Below, piece after piece: positions 49,309 to 60,400 of a DNA stretch of 64,000 bases. The notes below the pieces were generated by a model that did not search any database, was not told the DNA's origin, and worked only from the letters and a program-made list of their open reading frames with translations. Position numbers and translations under genes: made by a program. Location of the stretch: assembly GCA_965228855.1 (NCBI GenBank), contig CBDDIJ010000002.1, forward strand, positions 1,696,001-1,760,000, written 5' to 3'. Source of the stretch: Candidatus Obscuribacterales bacterium (lineage in GTDB: Bacteria > Cyanobacteriota > Vampirovibrionia > Obscuribacterales > Obscuribacteraceae). Numbering within the stretch: position 1 is the stretch's first letter; the number at the start of each line of letters is the position of its first letter.

Positions 49309-50310
49309 CTAACGTTTAAGTATCTCCAATCTCTTCTCCGAAAAAGTGACTGGCGTCGCTTCGGAGATGCCTCCAACAAAGTCAGTCTCGCCGCCCTGGT
49401 AGTCGAATCCGATGAGTGAGGGAATGCCGTCTATGTCTATGATTTTTCCTGCGTAAATATCTGGAGCCAAAAGTCTTGGTGTTTCGTCGAAGGACGGAAA
49501 TATAGATGAGTCGTGCGGGTAGAGTTCCGATGCGAAATAATAAGTGCCCGTCGCGCAGTCCTCCGGGTAGTTGCTTTTCCGATCGGCTGTGCAATCGGCA
49601 GCTTGGGCGCAGAACAAGAGGAAGAATCTAACGCCTTCATCTTCTACGTGGCGATAGAGTTGTGGGACCTCCAATTGATAAAACTCAGGTGACAACACCA
49701 GTACTCTCTGGCTTGCCTGGCTCCAGTCGGTCAAACTCTCTGACTCAAAGAAAACAATGGCACCACCTGCATTCTCTGATATTCCGTCTTTGGGATTGGC
49801 ATGTGCAGAGAGAAGGCAAATGTACTTGCCACCATATTCGATGACATATGGATCGCGCCAGTTCACACCGTCCAATCCCATCGCGGCGCTGCAGTTCGGT
49901 AGTATTGCGTCAATGCGTTCCCAGGTAATCAAATCCCGGGAGGTTGCAACGCCGATTTGCTGAGGAACAAACTCGCCGCGCGGTGTCCATCTTTTGTCGG
50001 AGTTTCCATCGCGCGATGTATAGAACATGTAAAACAAATTGTTCTGCCGATGGTACATCACGCTCCCTGTCCAGATCGAGATGTTGTCCCACGAACCAGC
50101 TCGAGCCGCCAGACATGGTTTGCCGTCGATATACTTCCATGCATCTGCGGTTAAAACCGCATGCCCAACCTCAGCCATATCATGGCGATTGAATGGTATG
50201 AAATTGCAAGCAGCCTTGTCGGCTTGCAGGAAAAATGCATGCAGCACACCATCCTGGTCATGGGCGAACCATGTGTCCCAGAGATATTTGCCGTTCGGTG
50301 CCCATCCCAT
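49309..50310 (-). CDS. GH32/GH68-like five-bladed propeller glycoside hydrolase (beta-fructofuranosidase-like)
   Basis: Clan GH-J motifs LWDTW, WTGS, WRDP, LEVP; GGAGG RBS; no signal peptide. Confidence 0.8.
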   Translation of the reverse strand: MGWAPNGKYLWDTWFAHDQDGVLHAFFLQADKAACNFIPFNRHDMAEVGHAVLTADAWKYIDGKPCLAARAGSWDNISIWTGSVMYHRQNNLFYMFYTSRDGNSDKRWTPRGEFVPQQIGVATSRDLITWERIDAILPNCSAAMGLDGVNWRDPYVIEYGGKYICLLSAHANPKDGISENAGGAIVFFESESLTDWSQASQRVLVLSPEFYQLEVPQLYRHVEDEGVRFFLLFCAQAADCTADRKSNYPEDCATGTYYFASELYPHDSSIFPSFDETPRLLAPDIYAGKIIDIDGIPSLIGFDYQGGETDFVGGISEATPVTFSEKRLEILKR

Positions 50311-50380
50311 GCGTTGCCTCCCGAGTCAATGTGACGCGCTTCTAAACAATAGAAAGAATATCAGCGAAAACATCGCTTCG

Positions 50381-50848
50381 TCATTTGCATTCCTTTTTGC
50401 CTATTGTGACTTGAACAACATTAGGCATGGGTGCGCAGCAGGCGGAGTTTGTCTGTGTTTCGAACATCGCGTCTTCACCGTATGTGGTGGCGGCGCCTGT
50501 GGTGTAAAAACTTTCCCAGGCAATTCCTTGAGGATCGTGAACCCAGGTTTTGTCTCCCTGTGCATAGCAGCACGTGGTTTGTTCCTGTTCTAGAATGGGC
50601 TGTTGGGCTGCTTTTAGCCGTGCTGAGATGTCGGTCAAATCATCGGAATTCTCAACTTGTATCCCAAGATGATCAAGACCAGGTTCTCGACCTCTGGTTG
50701 AAATGGCGAAATTTATCCGGGGATCGTCCAGCATCCATTTCGCGTAGTCCTCCTTCTGGACCGAAGGAGGCGTGTTGAAAAACGTTGAGTAAAACCGAAT
50801 CGACTCGGACAAATCGGACACCGCAACATGAACATGGAATCTCTTCAT
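50381..50848 (-). CDS. arsI: ArsI/CadI-family VOC (glyoxalase-fold) metalloenzyme
   Basis: MKRFHVHVAV...YAKWMLDDPRINFAIS...LDHLGIQV...TTCCYAQGDKTWVHDPQGIAWE; TAATG coupling to arsR. Confidence 0.88.
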   Translation of the reverse strand: MKRFHVHVAVSDLSESIRFYSTFFNTPPSVQKEDYAKWMLDDPRINFAISTRGREPGLDHLGIQVENSDDLTDISARLKAAQQPILEQEQTTCCYAQGDKTWVHDPQGIAWESFYTTGAATTYGEDAMFETQTNSACCAPMPNVVQVTIGKKECK

Positions 50849-51147
50849 TAGCACTTGCCTCCGTTATCAGCGCAACAGTTTTCCATCAAGAAGCTGAGCA
50901 ATTCTTGCATCCGGTCGTAGTTTGCTGAATAGATGATTGATCTACTCTCGCGTCGCGATACTATCAACTCAGCGTTTGATAGTTCCTTTAAATGGAATGA
51001 CATCGTTGCTGGTGGCATTCCGAAATGCGAACTGAGATCGCCGGCTGCCATTCCGGCGGCCCCTTTCCTTACGAGGAGTCGGAAGATTTCCAGACGTGTT
51101 TCTTGTGCCAATGCCGACAGGGCGTTGGCGGCGCGTTTTGTTTTCAT
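50848..51147 (-). CDS. arsR: ArsR/SmtB-family repressor with C-terminal Cys pair
   Basis: ALAQETRLEIFRLLV...MSFHLKEL...RESRSIIYSANY...FLMENCC. Confidence 0.9.
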   Translation of the reverse strand: MKTKRAANALSALAQETRLEIFRLLVRKGAAGMAAGDLSSHFGMPPATMSFHLKELSNAELIVSRRESRSIIYSANYDRMQELLSFLMENCCADNGGKC

Positions 51148-51183
51148 ATTTCCAATATTATCGAAAGAATCGCTGCACGTCAA
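51148..51183 (-). promoter_or_regulatory. sigma70-type promoter of arsR-arsI, probably giving a leaderless mRNA
   Basis: Minus strand TTGACG-17 nt-TAATAT-7 nt-ATG; no strong SD; imperfect palindrome tttcgataatattggaaa over the -10. Confidence 0.65.
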
Positions 51184-51610
51184 CCTTGTTTGCCATGGAG
51201 GCTTAACACTGGTCGCAAATGCAACAAGCGCACGTAAAATAAATTCATTCAGACGGCATCAATCGTCAGTGCAAATGACTTTGGTTTTCATTCTGGATTT
51301 GAGTCGCTGTGTCGTGGTCTTTTGTTGTAAGAACCAAAAGTGTGGAAACGACTCTCATTCCAAAAAATGCCTGTAATCGCGTAAGAGCTGGAAGGTGCCT
51401 GTCGGAAAACAATTATAGGCACCGCTTACGGTATTAGTTTCTTGCTAAGTAGCAGTCTCGAACTTTGCTTCCATAGTGTCTCGGAAATCGGCATTGCGAC
51501 GCGGTCTTACTTGGAATGGTTTTCATTCCTTTGAAAATTTTATTCATGTCGCGCGTGGTATAACGGAAAAGGACTACAATTTTGCGGCTTGCTCCACGAA
51601 GATCTCTCGC

Positions 51611-51991
51611 ATGCAAAAACTTTTGAGAATCCTACTGCTATGTATCGTCGCCATGAGTGCGCTTCTTCCGCGCCTCTGTGAATGTGCGTCTGCGGAAGTA
51701 GCTATTAAGCAGCAAGATTCATTTCGATCCAGTTTGGAGTTGAAAGAGCTGTGTGATGATTGTGGACATACGAAGAATTGTTGTTTCTCTAAACCTGAGA
51801 TTCCAGGCGGTCTAGTAAGTAACGCGGAAAACGCTCTGTCGGTCTTTACTCTCGGTCTGTTTTCTGTGTGGGTTTCGACAGTCGACTTTTCTCGTTCTTT
51901 ACAGCCAGCGTTGCGTCGAAATATGCTTTCCGCAATAGCGAAGTGGCCTTGCTCCAAGACTTATCTCGCCAAACAATCCCTTTTAATTTAA
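51611..51991 (+). CDS. Small Cys-rich membrane/exported protein
   Basis: MQKLLRILLLCIVAMSALLPRLCEC...CDDCGHTKNCC...TYLAKQSLLI. Confidence 0.55.
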   Translation: MQKLLRILLLCIVAMSALLPRLCECASAEVAIKQQDSFRSSLELKELCDDCGHTKNCCFSKPEIPGGLVSNAENALSVFTLGLFSVWVSTVDFSRSLQPALRRNMLSAIAKWPCSKTYLAKQSLLI

Positions 51992-52104
51992 ATCGCTGTT
52001 TCTAAAAGCAGAATTGTCATTAATCGGTGTTGATGACAAAGCTGTTCGGTCGCTTCTACTAGGTACCTTCGACTTGTTAGCGCTTAAGCGGTGACGGTTA
52101 GCGG

Positions 52105-52839
52105 TTGCACAAGTTTGCTCGGATTGAAATGGTAAACCAGATATATCATCCTTATTGGGAAGTATATTCACGCCTTGTCGCGCTTGAAAGAGAATATTCA
52201 AGTCTTGCGGGAAGGGTTGAAGTTCTTAAGCTTGCCCTGGAAACCAAATTTCCCATAGCGTGCCTTTTGAAGGTAGCCGCTTTGCTTGCATGTCCGTTCC
52301 CGAATTTTACGTTCGTCTGTGGTCTTTTCTTCTGTGTTTTGAGACAGAGATATGCATACTCGGCACTATCGCCGGTGGCACTCAATATGCTTGTAGCGCT
52401 TTCTCCTCTCGTTGAATTAGGCGCCGGTAATGGCTATGTTGCCTGGCTCTTACGGCAGCACGGAGCGGATGTAGTTGCCCTTGATGCGTTTCCAGTCGAA
52501 GAAGGAAGGAATTGGTTTTTTTACACTAAATTTGGATTGCCTACCAGAAGCGGTAAAAGTTGGACTACTGTTGATAAGGGTGATGCACGCACATTGGTGC
52601 GGTTCATCGGGAGAACTCTTCTGCTCTGTTGGCCACCAAAGAATTCGATGGCATTTGACTCTCTGCGCTACTTTGACGGACCTGATCTCGTATTGATTTT
52701 GGACCGGTCTTGTTGTGCGAGCAAGGCGTTTTTTCTTGAGCTTAAACGGAATTGGATTCTAGTGCGCTCTGTCGAAACAGGTAGCTGGTCTGAATGTCAT
52801 GTCGAGACGCTGGAAATTTATACGCGTAGAGAGAGATAA
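52105..52839 (+). CDS. Class I SAM-dependent methyltransferase-like protein
   Basis: LVELGAGNGYVAWLL...VVALD, LLLCWPP; start uncertain. Confidence 0.7.
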   Translation: MHKFARIEMVNQIYHPYWEVYSRLVALEREYSSLAGRVEVLKLALETKFPIACLLKVAALLACPFPNFTFVCGLFFCVLRQRYAYSALSPVALNMLVALSPLVELGAGNGYVAWLLRQHGADVVALDAFPVEEGRNWFFYTKFGLPTRSGKSWTTVDKGDARTLVRFIGRTLLLCWPPKNSMAFDSLRYFDGPDLVLILDRSCCASKAFFLELKRNWILVRSVETGSWSECHVETLEIYTRRER

Positions 52840-52847
52840 CACATGGG

Positions 52848-53291
52848 GTGTGCTTGAGGTTTGAAATGGAAACTAGGTCGAAATTGCCGAGGAGCTGCAA
52901 AATAATTCTGAAGGTCATGAAATCTCAGGAGTTGTTGACCGCCCATGACATATTTTCAAGAATGCGTGCTGGCAGTCCTAAGTCTCCCGGACTGTCCACA
53001 ACCTACAGATCTATGGAGATTCTGTTGAAAGAGGGGTTTGTTCAGTCAGTCGATTTAGGGGATACCCAGAAACTTTATGAGTTGGTTTGTCAGGGCGAGC
53101 ATCACCACCACTTAGTTTGTGATGGCTGCGGATTACAAATTCACATGGAAGAATGTGCTCTCGACGATTTTCGTGAAACTTTAGTTGAGACTTACGGTTT
53201 CTGCGTCTCGCTCCACAGGCTAGAGATTTTCGGAACGTGTGAGAACTGTACCCGATTTACAGATTCAGACTTTCCCGATAGCGACGTCTGA
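52848..53291 (+). CDS. Fur/Zur-family transcriptional regulator
   Basis: GLSTTYRSM, HHHHLVCDGCG, GTCENC; the start may be ATG at 52866. Confidence 0.9.
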   Translation: MCLRFEMETRSKLPRSCKIILKVMKSQELLTAHDIFSRMRAGSPKSPGLSTTYRSMEILLKEGFVQSVDLGDTQKLYELVCQGEHHHHLVCDGCGLQIHMEECALDDFRETLVETYGFCVSLHRLEIFGTCENCTRFTDSDFPDSDV

Positions 53292-53307
53292 CGATGCCAA
53301 AAATAAG

Positions 53308-53772
53308 CTACCGAGCTAAAGATTTCGTTCCTTCAAGAGCAGCTTGTGATGCGACTGCATAATTTTTTGCCAGTTCCGTACCGGTCGAATTGAGAGCTCC
53401 CGTGATAAACGAACCTAATGCTTGAAAAAACGAAGTAAGAAGACCAAGACCTCCTGGCATGGCCGATACAGGTCCTGCCATTGCGCCCATATCTACTCCA
53501 GGCATAAGAGAACTCTCCACACCAGGTATGACGTTCATTCCGATGTCACCGCCAGCAGGAGGAGTGAAGTTTATTCCATCAGGCACAATGGAAGCCTGGT
53601 TGAATTGATTCATGGTAGAAGCTATGTCGGAAGCGTTGATCTGCCCGTTGAGACTGGACCAGTCTTCCAGTCCAATCGATTCGCTGAGACGAAGAGAGTT
53701 GTCTGTTACTTGAAAGGCACCCTCGGCACCGCCTTCGGAGCTACAAAATAGCATAGTGGTAATGGTTCTCAT
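53308..53772 (-). CDS. Hypothetical protein
   Basis: 154-aa ORF filling the gap, plausible composition, no recognisable motif. Confidence 0.5.
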   Translation of the reverse strand: MRTITTMLFCSSEGGAEGAFQVTDNSLRLSESIGLEDWSSLNGQINASDIASTMNQFNQASIVPDGINFTPPAGGDIGMNVIPGVESSLMPGVDMGAMAGPVSAMPGGLGLLTSFFQALGSFITGALNSTGTELAKNYAVASQAALEGTKSLAR

Positions 53773-54492
53773 TCTGAAAGGAAACTTACGTATAGCCTCA
53801 TGCTAAGCGGGTTTACAGTGATTGTCAATGGGCGGATTTAGCAACAGGCTGACGTCGGACAGTCGTTCGTTCTCGGGTGAAATTTAGAATGATAACGAAA
53901 CCAATTCCAGGGTGAATCAGGGTATCGGTAGTGTTTTTGCGTTCAGTTTTAAGCTGCCTGTGAAAGCCTTGGCACCGGATATGGTATCTCACCGGATTTT
54001 ATGTGATCAATCATGGACTCGCTTCATTTCCGCAACAGACTTTTTCAAGACAGGGCAGGCGCAAAGATAAAGATGGTGGCAATAACCGCACAGCCAGACA
54101 TCGAATTTCATTTCGTGCTACGGTGTGCGGTTGGTTTGCGCAAGAGGAGCCCAATCGCGGTCATCTTGCAACATCTTCGCTTAAACTTGCCGGTCGCCTG
54201 GGCAGGTCGGACGGAAGTCTGTGGGCGCCTGTAAAACAATGAGCGATTTAATGCCGTATTTTGCCAATTTGTTGAAAGGAAGTAAGCGTTTCTGTTACTA
54301 TTTTCCGGTTGCTGGTACTTCCTGGCGTATCCATGCACAGCTGGTTTTTTTTGCGACTTTCGAGTCGACTTTAGGCGACAATACTACACCTTTCATTCGG
54401 CCTTGCGTCCGCATTGGTCGTGTTCGCTGGCGGCCAGTTTGTTTGTTTTGTGTTTAATTCAGTGCGGCTGCAGACCGCAAAAGGAGTCGTGT

Positions 54493-57400
54493 ATGAAATC
54501 TCCAGCCGCTGGTGTTCAAGGTCAAGCGACGCTCGGCGCCTCGCTTCTGGCTTTCACTTTGTCATTGACCGGCTCCGCACCAGCGCAAGCAAACCGGACG
54601 GATGACCATCTGAGCGCTTTGTTTGCAAGGGACGCGATGAGAGCCGATCGTCGCGAGGCTCGGCTGGAACGTCGCGAGTTACGAATTCAGCAAAGTGTTG
54701 TTTCGGCTCCGCACTCCGCCGAGCAGTTGCAATCATTTAATAGTGCGACTAATACACAATCGGCGAGACACAATAACGCGCGCCACATCAATCTGTTTAG
54801 TCAAATGGATGGCACAAAAGCCGGAAGTCGAGCGTCCGCGAGCACTGCGCAGTTGCCCGGGCAGGTTTCGACGTTCAGAACTTCAAGACCGAATCTGGGT
54901 AGAAGCACGTTCGAAACAGATCGCGGCAATTCAAAGCTCATCAACGCCGGGATCGCGCTCGATCTGTCATCTACTAAAGCGAACATTACTATAGGCGAGA
55001 ATGTTTTAGATAGAACAGTCACGCTAATTATCGGTGGCGAGGAGAAGCAGTATTCGGCCGGAAGTAAGGTGACTGCCGCTGAGTATGCGGCATTGACAGG
55101 GAAGCTCGCAACCGGCACTCAGACTTTGACGTTGAGCCATGGCGGTGCGGCAGAGGGCGGCAACCTCAATCTCAATTTAGTTAGCGATAACGGTTTAAAC
55201 ATCCGGGCTTCGGAGCTCGTGGTTCCGCAAAATGTAACCATCGAAGGCGATTTTGGCAAAACCGCTGACGGTGTGCGCGTCACGAAAGATCTTGTGAACT
55301 ATGGTTCGATTGTCGCGACGTCGGCCAATAGCACTAAGAACACAGCAGTGATTGGTGCCAGAGATATCGAAAACGCTGAAGGTGGATCGATAGTTTCGAT
55401 TTCATCCGCATCGAATCCGAATTTAAATCTCGCTCTTCGCGCTAATCGCGATTTGGACAATGCTGGTTCAATCCAAAGTGCAGGAGATCTTGAGTTAACG
55501 GCTGGGCGTTCGATCACAAACTCAAGCGGTGCCGTAGTTGGAGCCACCGGTAATGTTGTTCTCAATTCATCCGTTATTAACAACCAGGGAGCAGTTAACG
55601 CACAAGGCGATATCACTCTTATGGGCGCCGCGGACGCTACTCTTGGAGTAAACAATTTCGGCGGAACTTTAAGTGCTCTGAACGGCAGCATCAATCTTCG
55701 CGAGAATGGTTTTGAGGGAACCGGCAATAGCATCATATATGGTGGCGACTTGTTGTCAAAACAGCTGAACATCAATGCAGGTCAAGCGACTGGTGATGTT
55801 ATTGCGCGAAATGTGACCGGCGTGATCAACTCATCAGGTCTTGCAGCTCATGTTAGCGCGAACACCGACACGCTTGTTCTAGGTACGCAATGTTTGACTG
55901 GAGACCCAACCTACTTCAACACTGGCGACATAATCATTGGCGGTGACATAACAGTTGCCGAAGATCTCACGATCATTGCCGGCGGTAACATCAGTGATAT
56001 TAGTGGTACTCCGATCACACTCACCGCCCGCAGTGGCAGTATAGGGCAGGACATAACCATCATCGCCGGTGCCAATATAACAAGTGGAACAGGAGAGCTA
56101 ACTCCTCCGGGAGGACCGGCAACTCTGACGACAGGTGCACAACAAGCTCTATCGGCAGTGACTGTGTCCGGTCCTGCGACCTTCGGTGGCAGCATTACAT
56201 TTAGCAACGCAAATCAAATCGATGCGAGCAGCACAGGCGGCAATGCGTCCGGTGGCAATATAACATTGATTGCATACGCTAACGGGTATGCCGGGACACC
56301 AGGGAAAATCAACGCAGGTGCAACCACCCTTATTACAAGCGGCAACGGTTCCGGCAATAACGGAAACGTAACTGTAATTGGCGAGCAGACAATTTCTCTG
56401 GGTCAGATTACAGCCAATGGTGGCACCGGTACCGCGCCTGGTACCGGAGTCGTTGCAATCGCCAGCAAGCAGCCCACCACAAGCGATGGTTTACCAATCA
56501 CTTTTGGTACCAATGGTAGTATCACGAGTGGTAACACATTTGTCCCCGGTGGAGATTTCGAATATTTCAATCTTGACACTACAATTACGGTCAATAGTAT
56601 AAATGCCGCGACCAACGTTAATGTACTGGGAGCATTCGACGTCCATCTAGGCAACGTCGTTGTCTCGGCCGGTGACATTAATATCACCACCACCAGATAT
56701 GGAGGCGCGATTTTCAGCGACGGTGGAACTTACAGTGCTGACACTATCAATATCTTCTCCAGCGGTTATTCGGATATCAGGGGAAACGTTACCGCTGATT
56801 TCGTTCAGGTTAAAACCTCGAACAGCATGATATTGCAAAACCTGACACTCAATGCACCATCCGTAGTTCTGCTGTCCGAGCACGAAACCGCCTTCGTCAA
56901 CTCTACTGTCAACGTTACGCAAGGCTTTCTATCGGTTTCCGGGCAGCAGGTTAATGGAAATGCTACTCCCGGCACGATTAATGGAAGCACGTCGGGGGAC
57001 GGCGCAAATATTGTGGTGATAGCCGGTGCGAGCTGGACTGACAACGGAAACAACGTGACCATAAACGGACCTTCCGGGATGGCAGGCTCTATCTTCGAAA
57101 ACTCGATCGGGGCGTTGAGTACTAGCAGCACCGGCACTGGCAGTGCAGGTGACATCACACTAGCTGCCTACGGAAGTGGCACGTTGGGCATAGTTCGCCT
57201 CTATCTCGCGTCTGAAATCACTGCCAAAGGTGCAGGCGGGGCGAATGGGAACGTGACGATTGTAGCCGACGGTGCCTCACTCGGAAACGCGATTGAGATC
57301 AATGGTATCGACGCGACCGGTGGCACCTCCGGCGGTACCATTACGCTCTCCAGTACGACACCGAATGCAGCGGCGATTGGACCGATAAGCAAAGCTGATG

Positions 57401-60400
57401 CGAGTTACTCGGGTTCGCTGGTTGGAACGACGCAGGGCGCTGGTGGCATAAGAGTCTATGACCCGCTCAAGGCGGGGCAGTCTGTTACAGTCGATGCGGG
57501 AACGCAAGGTGTCAACCTCAACTCAATAAGCGTAAACGGCTTGTCCGGCAATCAGGCGGGTGGGAGTATCGCGATCACCGGAAGTGGTGTGACACTTGGA
57601 ACGGTTCAGGCAAACGGCATTGGTAGCGGGATTGGCGGGACTATAGAAATTCAGGCGAACAGTCTGAACGCTTCCGCAATTTCGGCTAATGGTGGTTCTG
57701 CTGGCGCCGGAGGAGCAGGCGGTAATGTGATGGTCGGCGTTAACACCGCGTCGTTGTATTCCGTAGGAACCATCTCAGCGAACGGTGGAGGCACCGCAGG
57801 TAGTGCTGGCTCAATCTCTGTGTTTAACAATGGCGCAGGCGGTATCAGTTTCAATCCCGCGAACATCTCTCTTGCCACAAATGGCGGGGGCGGTAATTTG
57901 ACGCTCGATGCAACAGCCGGAGCCATTGACGGACCAGTAGTTATAACGGGGAGCGTGGTAAGCGTCAACGGAAACGCTGGTTTCGATAATGGTCAGCTTC
58001 AAATTAGAGGATCGGCAATTACGAGAAACGGTGCGTTGTCGATAAGCTCAAGCAATGGTGTCGATCATTCCGGTTCGATTGAACTCAGCACGACATCCGG
58101 CGACATCTCTGTTTCCGGCAACTTTTCCGTGATGACAGGCGGGTCGCTCGACATTGACCTGAGCTCCTCGCGGGTTATCACAACCGCGAATACCGGAGGG
58201 ACTGTGTTGCTGCAAGCGGTCGATAATTTGATTGCTTCTGGCGTAAATATTGTCACGACTGGAGCAGCTGGCATCCCCGCAGGTAGTATCACTATAAATG
58301 GTGGCGGCGGTCTCGTCGTGCTTGGAAGCCTGACCAGCGTCGGCAGTGGGGCCCTGAGCGGGGGCACCGTCAATGTCACGAGTGTAGGCGGTCTTGTCTA
58401 CCTCGGCGACATAAATGTGAATGGTGGCATATCCGGTGCCGGGGGCACTGTAACATTGAATGTGAGCGGGGCGGGTGCGGGCGTCGCATCAATTTTGGCC
58501 GCTGGTTTTGGTGGCGCGGCTGGTGGCACTATAAGTCTATCGACAGCTGGACATGACATCAATGTTGCGCCCGATTCCAGCTTCATTGTGGATTCTGGCA
58601 CCGGTGCTGCTGGTAGCATTCAGATTTCAACCAACGGCGGAGATGTGATCCTTCAAGCTGGTTCAAATTTCTTCTCCGCTAGAGGCGAAACCTCCAATGG
58701 CACAATTTCATTAAACCAGTTGGGCAGTTTGTCTCTGGGACCCGCAAGTTTGACACTTGATACCAATGGAGCAGGGTCAGGCAGCAACATTTCTGTTTCG
58801 TTCAATACATCGGGACCAATAACAGCATCCAACGGCGATCTAAACATATCCGCGTCCGGTGACGTTTCCTTCACTGGCATTGTTGATATAAAGACAAATG
58901 GTGGCGACGTCTCGATCACGGCGAATTCTATTTCATCTAATGGAGCACCGCAAACTGTTCCCGATATTGATACAGATCGGTTAGCTGGTGCGGCGGGCGA
59001 TGTCTCGGTTTCAGTCAACACTAGCCTGACGCTCAATAGCATTCTCGCCAACAATATAACGATATCGACTCCGACGTTAACGCAGGTGACGATGAATTCA
59101 CCTATCACCGCGGACGGGACAACAATAATTTCAACGGGTCGGCTAGTGCAATCTGGTTCTGCGACGATCAATTCAGATGCCTTGGAGCTGAATTTCCGGA
59201 CAAGCGCAGTAATGAGTACAATCAGCACTAACGTGAATTCGCTGACCGTAACAGGCGTGAACAACAGCATCACGGTTAATGAAGCTAATGCCTTGAATCT
59301 GCTCGGCGTCAGCAACATCTTAAACGTAAATCTATCTGCTGGCGGCAACGTGTTTGTTAATGCGGCACAGAGCACGATAAATGACTACGCAATCACCGCG
59401 GTCGGCGCGATTGCAGTCAATGCACCAATAACCGCCGTCAATAGCCTGGCTCTCACTTCGAGTTCGGATAGTATCCAGATTAACAATGCGCTCACCATCA
59501 GTGGTGCATCGGGTTCCATTTTACTCGAAACTACTAATGGTGGTCTCATTAGTGAACTTGCAAACGGAGCGATTGATACCGGTGCTGGTGGCACGCTCAA
59601 TATCACGCTAGCTGCATCTCCGGCAGAAGCGAATCTTACTGCTGGAACCAATAACATTGCCATCTTAAATGGATCAGGTGGCGGCGCTATTAACGTAGAT
59701 AACGGAGCAAACGCTCTGAGCGTAATGAGTCTTGGTTCCACTCAGAGCTTGAACGCAACGACAACTAGTGCCACTGGCATAAGTCTCACTGGTTCAATCG
59801 CCACGAGCGGTGACGTTGCCCTTAATACGACGCGCTTTTCAGCAGGTGCGAATAGCCTGACAGCGGCGCGCATCACCGTCCAAAGTGCAACAGATCTTAC
59901 CCTTGATGCTAACGGTGCTGTTCTCACAGCTACAACTCCGGCTGCTGGAGCTCCCGGAAGCCCGAGCACTCCGACCGCGATTAACTTCATCACCGGCGCC
60001 GGCGAAGACTTGACGCTAAATGGAACCATGACGATGAACGGTGACGTCACGTTCAGCAACGTTGGTGGAACGACAACGTCTCAAAACAACTCTCTGTACG
60101 CTGGCAGCAACAACGTTGTTTTAAAAACAGCCGATTGGATTCAGCTAGGAAATGGCAACATCACCGGGAACCTCTTTTTTGCCGGTGGCGTTTCAATTGT
60201 CAATCCGGACGGAGATCTAGTGTTGTCCGGCAACATTACTTTTGTGGGTCAGGACTTGGTTCTGGCTGCTAGGAACAATGTGGTACTCGGAAACTCCAAT
60301 ATCGATCTGAGTAACACAACCGAAAGTGGCAACAATCTCACTATCGTTGCCGGCTACACTCTCACGCCCACGGGTGGCGGTCAACAGCAGAGTAGTCTTC

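Noticed and set aside
54403..54492. Lipoprotein-like extension of the giant protein in the ORF track
   Set aside because: A strong AAGGAG RBS precedes ATG at 54493, which gives its own signal peptide.
53773..54492. Long intergenic region before the giant gene as a possible riboswitch or ncRNA
   Set aside because: I could not recognise any riboswitch consensus; an Rfam/Infernal scan would be needed.
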